Assembly: GCF_006345805.1 (NCBI RefSeq) | Contig: NC_043004.1 | Span: 52,700,001-52,764,000, forward strand | Reading direction: 5' to 3' | DNA length: 64,000 bases | Origin: Octopus sinensis | Lineage: Eukaryota | In this document: piece after piece, positions 38,310 to 51,416 of the stretch | Numbering within the stretch: position 1 is the first letter of the stretch | How the letters are laid out: the number at the start of each line of letters is the position of its first letter | Made by a program: the position numbers and the translations under genes | The notes under the pieces: model-generated | What the model was told of the DNA's origin: nothing | What the model saw: only the letters and a program-made list of their open reading frames with translations | Database searches by the model: none

Positions 38310-38830
38310 TTTCAAATTTTGATACAAGGCCAGCAATTCTGGGCGAATGAATAAGTCGATTGCATTGGCCCCAGTGTAAAGCTAGTGCTTACTTCATCAA
38401 GTTCGATCTTGGAAAAGTTCCAACTCAGAACATAGCGAGGGACGAAATGCCCTTATGCAATTTATCCGGTGTGCTAAGGATTCTGCCGCATTCTTAATTT
38501 ACAAACGAATTTCTTTCTGGTTTACATCATATATTCAAATTCTACCAGCATCGATTTATCTTTCATCTGCTTAGGTTCGAAAAATAAATACCAGTCAAGC
38601 AATGAGGCGAATAACATGGATTTAATATTCCTCTAATATTGCAGTGCTTGTACCAAAATTGGAAACCCTTAAAGGTGTTGAGCTAGTAGAATCATTAGCA
38701 CACTGGGTGAATGCATGGCAGAATTTTGTCCCTCTACGTTCTGAGTTCAAATTCTACTGCTTCAGAATCGATAACTTATGTGCCAGTTATGCACTCGGGT
38801 CGATTTAATCGGCTAGTACCCTCCAGTCTA
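38310..38830. mobile_element. Two degenerate family B-like SINEs (minus then plus)
   Basis: CAACTCAGAACATAG...GACGAAATG (minus) and CTACGTTCTGAGTTCAAATTC...GGGTCGAT (plus). Confidence 0.6.
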
Positions 38831-41008
38831 CTGCAGAATGATAGTATAAACGAATTTAGCATAGTTGTCTTAATGAGATATCAAATGGTTCCGAGTGCGT
38901 TCGGTTTGGCAGCGAGAAAGGGAATTCTCTTAGGAATGTCATTGTCATTGTGATGATGGTGTGCCTTCTCAACTTTATTATGAGAAATATGAGAAATATG
39001 TTAATCTGCTGAGAATGTAATTTTCTGTTTTTAATTTCCTTTTTGATACCGCTGTACTGATATATTATATTGCTTTACATCTGATTTTTGTTTAGATCAA
39101 GCTCTCTCGTCAACGTTTTACGCAAAAAATTGTTTTGTTATTAACGGGAAGTATTTATTCGTATGTATAATTGTTTGTCTATGAGATCATATGTATCTGA
39201 GTTGGTGCGTATGTGCGTTTCTGTGTAATGTCATCCACAGATACGTGACAAAATCGATATTTTTGTTTGTATTTTGGGTTTGCTGTCACTTCTGATCAAC
39301 GTTTATTTTTTATATTATACTAGAGTGATTTTAAGTTCTTCCTTATGAAGAGTTTCTTTTCCCTTTCAGTTACTTTTTTCATATTTCAGTATACAAGCAA
39401 GGTACAAACAAGTGAGTTCAATGCCTGCTCCTTGATTTAGTATTTTCCGATGATAAGAACTTTCACTCAACACCTTCGTTTATGTATTAATAAGTATTAA
39501 ATTTCCACGGTATCCAAACGTTAAGTATGTTATCAATTATTCATAAGATGCGGTTGGTGTGTTACGAATTTTAATTATTTGTTAGTTTAGAAAATATGTA
39601 TCCAACTCTTTGATGAGCTTGATATATTCTAGTTTTGTTACAATCTGGGTTACTTAAGTACAGTTATTACATTACCACATGCACAGCAGGTATTTCCTAG
39701 GTTTATTTAAAATTAATATCAACCATATGTATTTAGTTATTGATTGGAGTCAAGAATTATCTTCAATTACTTCTATCTTAATTGGTGTCAATAATGGCCT
39801 GCTATCTAATTTTATCATAGTAAAATTGTCAACGTAATATAGCTTTAAAAAACATGTATTTTACTCAATCATCTTTCGCTGGACGAGATTCATACAGAGA
39901 TATGTAAGAGTACTGTAAGGTTAGGAGAGATCGTGATGGCTTGGTTAAATCACGTAAATATTTCAGCTCCGTACAAGGGCGGGTTCATTTCGTTTGTTGT
40001 CGTCAGAAAATTAGCATTGTGTGAATCTGAAAGCCAGTTTTCCAGATACAAATTATGACTACAGGTGGAACAAGTTAATTGCAAAGAGATTTAAGATTGG
40101 ATGCATGTTGCCCCAGAAATTTCGAAACCACTTCATCTACGTAGTTATACATATTCGTAACTTGTTAAAAATATTTTGACGGCTCATATATTCCTCAATA
40201 AGGGCATATTTTGGGTAGAATCGTTATCTTAAACTTATGAGCCTTAAAGTATCTAGTTACTTGTCTAAGCTGACATACAACAACATAAATACACAGAAAT
40301 ATTTCAAGTGTCAGCATGTAGAATAAAGATTAGAGTAATGATTAGAAATGCTTTTTTCATATTGGTAGTTCTTCTCAATTATATAAAAGAATTTTAATCA
40401 TTACTCTACATTTAGAGATAGTAATAAACGTAACAGTGCAGGGCTTAGTAAATTAATTTGGTATCTAAAAGACCATAATAAACAATTCATTGCTTGATTA
40501 GATTGGCTGGTTATTTCCACGTCATTCCCATACGATAAAGGCAAAGCATTCTGCCAACTCTGTAATAGTGGACTATTTTCTATTCTATTTTACAAGAATC
40601 CCCTTGTAAACACGTTTATAAAGCGTGCTTATTGATGTAAACATAGGCAGAAAAATAAATTTAGTTCATATAAGTGGTATCTATGATTACATATAATTTG
40701 AACATTGATTTTCGTCTTACATTTCACATCCACTAGATATATGTATTTCCAAGCCTTTAAGATTCTATCTTAATTCACATATCGCCCTATTTTTCCTTTA
40801 ATTATAGCGTTCCGTTCATCATTATACACATCCATCATATTCTGTTAAAATGTCTTACTGATGAGTTTGCTTTCTTTCTTCCTTTCTCTGATGCGAAGAT
40901 TACATTGTTTTACTCCATTTTAATTCCTTTATAATAATACCAATGTTGTCTTCGAAACATATGTCAGAAGTAAAAGAATTTGAATAGCATCTGTCTTTAA
41001 CTCCACTG

Positions 41009-41060
<52 letters not shown>

Positions 41061-41079
41061 GATAGATGATAGATAGATT

Positions 41080-41134
<55 letters not shown>

Positions 41135-41184
41135 GAATGGATAGATGGATGAATGGATTGATGGACGGATGGATGGATAGATAG

Positions 41185-41214
<30 letters not shown>

Positions 41215-41216
<2 letters not shown>

Positions 41217-41287
41217 GTTTCTTTATTAGCCACACAGGGCTGCACACAGATAGAACAAATTACAAGGTAGAGCTTTTCTTTTGAAGG

Positions 41288-41323
<36 letters not shown>

Positions 41324-42559
41324 AGGGGAGGTTCGATCAAAAGGGATCGGAAAAGGAGAGAAAGAGGACAAAAATAAGGGGGGTTAAAAAAAAAAAATAA
41401 AAAAATAAAAAAAAAAGGGGGGGGAGAGGAAAAAAAAATGATCAATAGGGATCGTTATCACAGAAATGTCAATATGAAGTGTAAAGGGGAGGACAGGTGA
41501 GGTTTACCCGTGGAAAGAAAAGCCTGCGGAAAAGACCACGGTAACCTCGGTCAATGAAGTCACATTTTATATTTCTTTTTTTTTTTTTTTTTTTTTGCAA
41601 TAAGCAACTCTCTGTTTTCGATTTCTGGGTTCATAGGACTATGCTCAAGGTGGCTTCGTCATTCATACGTGCCATTCTTGCTACATTCACCCATCTTTTT
41701 TTAAAACATTCGCTAGACAAAACTTGCCTCTCTACTCTCACTTTCCTTTTCAAGTGGTACTTGAAGAAGTGATGAGAGATTGACCAGAGAGGAAGTGTTT
41801 GTCTCCAATCCTTTCAGACGCGTCCACCAGATACATTCTTTCGCCATAGCCACAAGGATGATGAAAATAGCTCTTCCTTCCCGTTTGAAGGAAGGAGGCG
41901 TGACAATATTGACGATAGACTCAGCTGATAAACCGACTCGTCCCACACGTGACAGCAGTTGTTCGACATAGCCCACAGGTCGGAAATTGTTGGACACTGA
42001 ACGAGTGCGTGCAGAACGGTTTCGTCGCTCTGACCGCATCTCGGGCAGGTCGGCCCCGTGTTTCTCGAGCCGTGTGTAGAGCTTATCCCAACGGGTAGCG
42101 CTTCTCGGTAGCACTGCCAGGCCAGGGATCTCTGGAAGTTGTCCATGGGCCCTGGCCCGAAGTCGTCCCGAACAGGCGGGTCAGGTACTCCTCGTCGACG
42201 TCCAGGTTCGCCCCGAGCTTCGTCGTCGTACCTCCCCTCCACTAAACCCCTATAGAATGCTTGGTTGTGTTGAAGTCACTTAAGGTCGACCCAGGACGGC
42301 AGAGTTGCTTGAGAGCAACGCGACACTCGCGGTGCCATTCGCCCTTCCTCGGCCTCTTTTTGATCCACGACTGCAGTTCGGTCATGGAGACGAGCTGCGG
42401 GAAAGCGTGCCTCACAAACGGCGACCACACCTGTTCACCGTCGTCTACATAGAGCCAGAGATGTCGCAGTCTCAGCGCGTGTCTGCGCATCATCAACCAC
42501 GGCATGCCCAGCCCTCCTTTTAACGGGTGTTGACAGCAAATGGATCGCCTGACCATCGG

Positions 42560-42562
<3 letters not shown>
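41215..42562 (-). mobile_element. 5'-truncated Tx1 LINE copy inside a (GATA)n microsatellite
   Basis: Frameshifted ORF2 C-terminus PMVRRSICCQHPLKGG...DNFQRSLAWQCYREALPV...CPRCGQSDETVLHALVQCP, a 3' UTR, and end CAGCCCTGTGTGGCTAATAAAGAAACAT. (ATAG)n lies on both flanks. Confidence 0.93.
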
Positions 42563-42601
<39 letters not shown>

Positions 42602-43406
42602 ATGATAGAATGATAGATAGATAGATAAATAGAATAACAGATATATAGATGTATATATGAGAATTGGTTTTTGATAATGCACTTGAATTTGAAAAGCATG
42701 TAGTTATTTTTAAATAACTGCATTTACATACATAAACTTATTTACATACATAAACTTATAAGTCTTATTTACATACATAAACTAATTTCAACAACCATTT
42801 GTTCATCAATTTTAACCAATTTTAAATTTACGAAGTAGAAATCGAATAAACATGTTTAAAAGTTCAAATGTTCAAATAGAATTCAATGAGAAGGATAGAT
42901 AGTACCAACGTAAATGTTCGGCGATAAATAGTACATTACTAAAAGTTCGCTGATATCGAGTTTTTATCAAATACATGGACAAGAGTGAGAAAAAAAGTGG
43001 ACAAAAAACTAGTTTTTTTTTAGTTTCTATCATTTTGTGTAGTTCATTTTCCCGTCCTCTTCTATTCGCCTTCAATGGAGTTTTGGTGGAATCAGAGTAT
43101 ATATTGTGTAAATATGTACTTTTAACCAAAAGGATCTAATTTTTGATTCGTTATTATTTTTATAACGTCTTATTCCTTTTGGTCAATGTGTTTGGTCAAA
43201 AAAAGATTTTGTTTTGATATTAATGTTTGGTTGAGAATCAGATTTTGATGGTAATGTCGTTTGGGACCTCACTTTATTTTCATATATATATAATATATAT
43301 TATATATATATTATATATATATAGATATATATATATATATAATTATATATATATATATACATATATTATATAATTATTATATATATTCATTACATACATG
43401 CATACA

Positions 43407-43442
<36 letters not shown>

Positions 43443-43987
43443 TAATATATATATATACATATATATATAATATATATAATATTATATATATATGTATATA
43501 TATATATATATGTATGTATGTATGTATATAATATATATATATTGCACGCGTGTGTGTGTGTGAGAGAGAGTGTGTGGGTGTGCGTGTGTGATGTAGACAT
43601 CTTTCGTCATATCCAAAGAAATTAAAATTTTTACTGTTTTCTGATTATGACGTCATGATATAGATACCCATCTGAGAGACGAGTGACACATGTCGCAAGA
43701 GAACACGACAGGACACAATGCACACTGCAGCTCCGAGCGAGACCAGATTTTCAGAAAAAGCCAGTTAAACCTACTTTTGAAGTGGCCGATACTGTGATGA
43801 AATTCGTGAAGCGGGAAAGAGTTTTGCTATCAGATGTCTAACCAGCAAGCTAACCATGCTCCCAAACGGATTGACTATAATGTACTATTCCCAAAGATAC
43901 CGACTCTGATCTTAAAATCATGTGACTTTTGGAAACTCGCGTAGCGATGTACTAACTAGTTAATAATTTCATCATAAAATCATTGTT

Positions 43988-44029
<42 letters not shown>

Positions 44030-44452
44030 GGATAGTGGTAATCTCTCTCATATGTATGTAATACTATTTACTGAACCTCAGTTTTTTAATATGCTATATC
44101 ACTGGTATTAAATTGATGCTATCTAATTAATATCCAATTTCTCACCCTCATTTTAACTTTAATATTATATATATATATATATATATATTTCCTTGTATGT
44201 CTTCACTGTCCTGTTTTTGTTCCTAACTTTGATCTACCATAAAATCCAAAATATATTTTGTAAGTTACGGGAGCAAGTGCCTTCGAAGACTTGTATTGTC
44301 GTTGAATGGTTGAAATGAGTTGATAGACAGACGACAACTGATGAGAGGTCGTTCATTCTGTTACTTCTCCTGTTTTCAATTTTTTCTCTCGTTGTTTGCG
44401 TATTTAATTCACTTATGTTCGTATTTTATGTCTTTACAGTTTGTGATGTATG

Positions 44453-44526
<74 letters not shown>

Positions 44527-45242
44527 TGTATATATATATGTAATATATATATATGTATACATATATATATGTATATATAATGTACATATATATGTACATA
44601 TATATACATATATACACACACATATATATATATGCATATATATATGTATATATATACATATATATATAATATATTATATATGCAGATATGTTATCTCTCT
44701 CTATATATATATATATGTGTGTGTGTGTATGTGTGTGTGTATGTGAGTGTGTGTGTGTGTGTGTGTGTGTAATCATTTGTTCTCCACCGGGGTCCATATG
44801 GTCCGGAGAGATTCTATTGTTATAATTTATCTGCAATGATTTCTTGGAATTCTAGAATACACAAAATATTTCAATAGCTATTTTAATTCAAGTCTTAAAG
44901 ATATATCATATTAAAAATATTACAAGATTCCATTAACAGCGAATTTCTAGGGCTGTCCGTCCGGGTATAATATTTACCAAAGAGGTCCATAGATAAAAAA
45001 TGCTTGAGATTAGATTTGTTTTTTCTCACCAAAAGTGTCAAGTGATAGTTTAATATCAGTTTCTTATTTTTCATTCTCATTCTCTTTGGCTTTTCTATGG
45101 TCTATATGTGAGTGTTCGTACTTATCTACGTATACAATGTATGGTCTTTGTGGGGATTAGTTGTACATGTATATGTCTAAACAGTTGTCCGCATATGCGC
45201 ATGTATATACATACATATATAAATGCCGTATCTATCTATCTA

Positions 45243-45280
<38 letters not shown>

Positions 45281-45307
45281 TTAACACACACACACACCAC
45301 ACACACA

Positions 45308-45362
<55 letters not shown>

Positions 45363-46039
45363 TGCAAACATACGCACATTTTCATATATTGTTATAGGCA
45401 TCTGTGTGTATGTGTGTCTATATATACATCGTTTTAATTGAATAGATTTTAAGAACATATGAATCACATAAAGAATATTTAACTGAGTTTAGTAATCTAT
45501 GGTTGACAGGACCGAGAAATACTGGTAATATTTTCGACGCACACAGACACACGCAAACACATAAACACACACATACACACACACACATATATGTATATAC
45601 TTACACATAGATGAGTATTTGTGTGTATGTGTATTTGTAATGATATAGCTATAATCCAATAATTGAAGGAGAGAGATGTATCTCATAAACAACAGTTAAC
45701 GTAGTTCCACTGAAGATGTATATCCTTATACATCACACTTAGCATTCTCAGACGTTACAATGTTTCAGTTTGCTAATAATTTGAATATATATGAAACAGT
45801 CATTCACCGTTTATTCCAAAGAACAGCCCAGTACATTACTTTAGAATTCGCCTCACCCTACGTCATAAATGGGATGGTGCCACCCATTCCATTTAAATTG
45901 AGGACCAGGTACTGCAATAGCCTAGGGTACAAACGTCAACAGTTCTTTAATACAAAACCACAAAATTAAGAAATAATTATAGTGTGGACGTAGATGCCTT
46001 CAGAAAAGAACTAGGCATTCTCATTTCCGTAATACCGGA

Positions 46040-46222
46040 TGAACCAACGACCTGAGATGAAATACAAATGAGGGTAGCTGAACCCGACATCCTGAAACAC
46101 CAATGGGGCAACGGCTGGAACCCAAACATACACTGTAGTGATGATGTGAATCCCCTTCCCGTCAGCCAGAGGAAAGCGGTAAAATCACAGTGGTGCTCCA
46201 GCATGACCGCAGACGCATGGCT
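46040..46222 (+). mobile_element. Repeat fragment sharing the family A tail module
   Basis: Ends GTGGTGCTCCAGCATGACCGCAG...GGCTGAAACGAAAAAAG, but has a different upstream body. Confidence 0.5.
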
Positions 46223-46242
46223 GAAACGAAAAAAGCATGATA

Positions 46243-46296
<54 letters not shown>

Positions 46297-46297
46297 C

Positions 46298-46527
46298 TCA
46301 CGAATTTGATGGACATACAAGCAATCCGACACAAGAAATCTATATTGCGATTTTTGTATTGCTGTTCCTGAAGAGACCCAGTTCGACGGGTCGAAACGTG
46401 TTGTACTCAATAAAGTCTAATACACTTTCCATCTCCTATTTTATTAATACTATTATCCCCAACTGCCACTAAACTGAGTCGCTGCTTTACTCATCATCTA
46501 TAAATACATTTTGTATTCATTTTCTAT
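46298..46527 (+). mobile_element. About 230 bp hammerhead-bearing element (family delta) between (TA)n tracts
   Basis: Hammerhead core followed by AATAAA, the layout of a PLE pLTR. TA repeats at 46225-46297 and 46528-46545. Confidence 0.65.
46364..46406 (+). ncRNA. Hammerhead ribozyme motif with canonical core
   Basis: GUUC-CUGAAGA-GACCC-AGUUCGAC-GGGUC-GAA-ACGUGU-U/GUAC. Perfect 5-bp stem II; ACGUGU is one transition from the palindrome ACGCGU. Confidence 0.75.
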
Positions 46528-48148
46528 GATATATATATATATATTTAGGGAGAGAGAAGGAGAGAGAGAGAATTAACCATAAAATAAATCTTTATCAATT
46601 TGGGTTATTGAACCATTTATTTTTTATTTCCCTCACTCCGCATTTGGTGTTTCTGTGTTTCCATGTACCTTATTTCTGTGCTTCCGTAATTGGTGACTTA
46701 AACAAAGAACAGAAAAACAAGTCATGGGATTTTTCAGTTGGAAATTTGGTCTGAGCCTTTCACTAAATTCCTATGCTGTTAGGTCTTATTGTTGAGATGG
46801 GTTGTTAAATTTGAAAACTATAGGTCTTAGACTTTCGTCAGCCTATGGCAAATGCTATTTATTCCAAGTAGAGGAATCATAAAGAGAGTGGCTTGTTGGC
46901 TTCATAGTTTATAGAAGACTGGTAAATTTTTATATGTTTGTGTTTCAAATATCATCCCGACAACTGACATTTATCCAAGAACCTTTCGAGACCGTAGTGA
47001 AAATCAAAATTTTCAGTGCTTATTAGTAAACAATCGTACACCAATATACTCTCTTCTAACGACACTTTGACGTCTGCTGTTTCAGCCTACCATCATTACA
47101 TCTTGCTTATGTACTGAGGTTCTCAGTTTCACTAATTACAAAAGTATAACTGCAGCAGGAAATATTACTCAATTACTTACCCCATAAAAAAAATCTCTAA
47201 TTTTTCTTACTTCACTCTCAAAATTTATTCTGGTTTCTACGTTCTGAGTGCAAATTCCATCGAGATCATCTTTACTTTTCATCGTTTCGGGGTAGAAAAA
47301 TAAGTACCAGCTGAGCACTGGGCTCGAACCAACCGACTAATCCCCTTCCACGAAATTTCTAGTCTTGTGTTAAAATTTAAAATTTGAAACCAATACTTAT
47401 TGTGGCTTTAAGCATCTCCATATTGATATACGCATATTCAAGATAGATAGCAGTTAAAAAAGATACGATACATTTTAATATATCGACGTTGTTTCACATA
47501 TCAATACAATTGCTCTAGACCTCTCACACAATAAAGAAATACTACATCAATAGGTCATGTTAGATGATATACTTTAGAAATTAATACAATCTAATACTGG
47601 GCGGAGACTACCCCAAAAGATTGTTCGTATCGTGAAGGAAGAGACAAAACAGTAAAATAAGAAACTATGAAAGTAATGTTCGAAAGGATCACCTAAGATG
47701 CGGCCGTCAATAATAATGTACAGCACTGAAACTTTTTTTCAGTAAGTAATATTATAATATTGTTGCTCTACCACCCTAGATCCCACTTCATGAATGAGAA
47801 GTGGGATGAAAACTAATTCATCGAGGAAGATTCTTTCTTATATTTAGTGATTTACATACATAAGCATGATAGCTTGTTCTTTTGCCTTTTCTTTTTATTA
47901 GGTACCGCGAATGCATACATGCATCATTGTACTTGACACTCAATTATATTACGCAAGCAAAAGCAAATTCTGCTACACTGTGTGTCAGCAATCATAAAGG
48001 GATGTAGATATATATGTAAATTTGGTGTCGATTTACTGAAATGATATTTATGGAGATATATCGATTTTATCACTAATCAAGTAGCAAACATAACACACGA
48101 CGGTTACACGAACAATTATACATAACGATATATATATATAATATATAT

Positions 48149-48254
48149 GAAATTGCGCATCTTTGTTCAATGTCGCCGTTTTGAATGCTCACACACACAC
48201 ACACACACACACCACACACACACACAACACACACACACACACACACACACACAC

Positions 48255-48311
<57 letters not shown>

Positions 48312-48357
48312 CAAAACGCATTCAAAACGGCGACATTGAACAAAGATGCGCAATTTC
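48149..48357. repeat. Perfect 40-bp inverted repeat around a (CA)n(TA)n spacer
   Basis: 48149-48188 is the exact reverse complement of 48318-48357. Confidence 0.95.
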
Positions 48358-50386
48358 TTTCTTAACTCATTCTGACAGATTTCAAGTTGTATTTCATGTT
48401 GTGTTTCGCTTTCGGGAATCGGTAGACAATATGTGTTGACTGTACGTAGGGATTCTCAAACACTTGTTTTTAATGTTAAATTATCGTGAGGATGCAAAAC
48501 AATGAAATCTTTATTTCGGTAGTTATTGCCTGTGGAGAATATATTGGTGTACATAAACCTTTATTAGACTATCAATACAGTTGTGCTTGCTCACATGTGT
48601 CGATAAATAAATTCTGGTCAGTCAGTTGCAAAATGTGGAATAAGATATTTTAATTGTACTTTGTTAAAAATATAACAATAATTTGAGAAGGGAGTGGTAA
48701 TTTTAAGTGAGTTCCACAAATTCCGTAGGTTTTACAGCAGTGTGATTGAAAGCGAATGTAAAACAATTGTTGAAACTATTTCTTTGATATAAATTTATAT
48801 TTAACTAGCAAATGCATCCGTCTGTTGGACTGTTTAAGTTGCTTTGGTGGTTATTGTGTCACCAAATAATTGAACTACGGAGAAGGTTTATGAGTAGCCC
48901 GGGAATCTGTGTATCCGTTTAACCTAGGAACGGAAAATCAAATTGAAGGCTGGTTCTTGAGGATGTCGTCGTACTTTAATGGTCATAGAACATATAAGTT
49001 TTCAAGTGATGCAAAGCAGAGCTGAAGTGTTTGGGAGTAGATTACGGATAATGACTACAAAATATACTTTTTTTTATAAGGAAGCGAAATTTCTTGTCAG
49101 AAACAGCCACATAAATAGCGTAAGGAAATTAAAGGAAGGCATTGAAGCTTACCCTCTGCGAGTTTATTTTATTCAACAGCAAAGGAAGCTTTTTTGGGGG
49201 GAGGGAGAGGTGAGATAACAATAGCCCCTTTATTCTGCCTTCCCACTTTTATTCTGTTAAATTGGTATGGGGCTTTCTGAAAGATACGTATAGCTTTCGC
49301 TAATGGAATGAAGATTCGTATTTTAAGCTTGCCAAAGTCTAATGCAGTTTAAATATGCATCGCGTACACTGTTCCTTGTCAATTTAATAACCATTGCAGG
49401 TGGACAGTCAAAAGAAAAAGATAGACAGAATTCTTTCTCTATTATTAAAAGATTTAAAACCTATGGAAGATCATACATACAAAAAGACTATGTCCATTTA
49501 CGTCCATTTACGCCCGAGTTCCGAGCAAAAGGATATAAGTAATGTGTGTGTATAGTTATATGAAAATCGGTTGAGAACTGTGGAAATGTATACGTCAGAC
49601 ATTATACACACACATACTGGGGTTCACATATATAAATATTTTTTATTTGAAACCACTTCTAAATAATGCAACTTTATAATGAAGTGAGGAAATCATGATA
49701 TACACGTAGCTGGAATATGATTTCCTGAAATCTCATTTTAATAGCTTATTTCAGATGTAGTTTGTAAATCAAACTCTTTAAAATTAGGCTTTAGAATGTT
49801 TAATACCTTCTGGCTTTGTATTTAGAATGCGATAAAATGCCACAAAATATTCGACGTCCAACAATTACTTAAAGTAGAGACAAATTTTTAAATTGCTACA
49901 AAATTTTGTAAAAAAAAATGTATTAGACCTATATCTACAGAAATACATCTTTTAAAGTATGCTCGTGTCTATGTACTTTTGAGATGCCTGTATATATAAA
50001 TATGTATATATACATATATAGATTTTTTACACACACGTACATACACGGACGTGTAGATGGAATATGACAAAGAACATCACGCAAAAATCCGTCTTTCGAA
50101 CATCAAGGAAATAAAATTAAACTCATTGCCTGTTTGCAAATAATTCACATCTATATGAAACAGAAAAGTTCCTCCATGTTGATCAAAGAGCTCAATGCAT
50201 AGTAATTATTCAAATCGCAAAAATTGCCCTATATACTCATACACACACACACACTCACACACACATACACACACACACATATATATATATATTATATATA
50301 TATATTATATATATATATATATATATTACTTACACATATCTATAACTATATATGTTTATATGCATATCTACCTATCTATCTATCTG

Positions 50387-50437
<51 letters not shown>

Positions 50438-50475
50438 CTATATATACAGTATATGTATGAATGGATGTATATATA

Positions 50476-50507
<32 letters not shown>

Positions 50508-50606
50508 GTATTATGTATTATGTATGTATGTATGTAGTATGTATGTATGTATGTATGTATGTAGTATGTATGTATTTATGTATGTAGTATGTATGTATGT
50601 ATGTAT

Positions 50607-51025
50607 GATCACCAGGCTGCTTCTCATTCACATTTCAATTTCTCCGTGGTATGAAACGTCGGGTCATACCACTACATAGTTCTCACACCGTTTTGCATAG
50701 TCACCGCGCACGATTTACCTCAAGAGATTTTGCGTCCGTGGTATTGATAAGTCACAGAGATGGATGACGAAGCACTAATGTCCCCTAGTCCGGCGTGAGT
50801 TATGCCACTTTTCTCTTACTTCTAGGTGTTTTTACACCAGACGTAGTGTCGAGAAAATTTTCTTCCACGCCTAACTATCGCAGCTTACCCAAGACCTGGC
50901 AAATCAAATTTTGTGCATGTGTTTTCGATATTGGCAGAAGTAACAGAATGTCGGAAGCATAAGAGTTTCGTGCGTTGGCACTTATCAGCCTTTTATAAGT
51001 GCCAAAGCAGGAAACATTGAGACCT
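50607..51025 (-). mobile_element. About 420 bp unassigned element (family epsilon) with a hammerhead-like motif, between (TATG)n and (CA)n
   Basis: At 50959-50996 on the minus strand: CUGAUAA-GUGC-CAAC-GCAC-GAAAC. A 9-bp hairpin GTGGTATGA/TCATACCAC lies at about 50646-50672. Confidence 0.45.
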
Positions 51026-51126
51026 ACACACACACACACACACACAATACATACATAAATGCATACTTACATATACATACATATATATATTCAAACATAT
51101 GCATATACATATACATATATACATAT

Positions 51127-51212
<86 letters not shown>

Positions 51213-51215
<3 letters not shown>

Positions 51216-51416
51216 GCTCCAAACATGAACAAAGTGAAAACACAACAACGTGAGGACGTGGAACTAGTATAGTATTATTGGACGCTCGGGAAAGAAGGAA
51301 AGAAGGAGGGTTTAACGTCTCAGGCGGTGCTGCTCGTCAGAAACATGGAAAAAAGAAAGGTCCAAGGAAGGGAAGACGGAGAAAGAAAATCGCCAACGAT
51401 ACACACGCTGTCACAA
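51213..51416 (-). mobile_element. Second family beta element with decayed hammerhead (51310-51344)
   Basis: Homologous to 25023-25224. Reads GUUU-CUGACGA-GCAGCACCGCCU-GAGAC-GUU/AAAC; the 3' end abuts (TA)n. Confidence 0.8.

Noticed and set aside
45712-45745. CUGAAGA followed by a GUAUA/UAUAC hairpin
   Set aside because: There is no GAAA after the stem, and no stem I or cleavage triplet.
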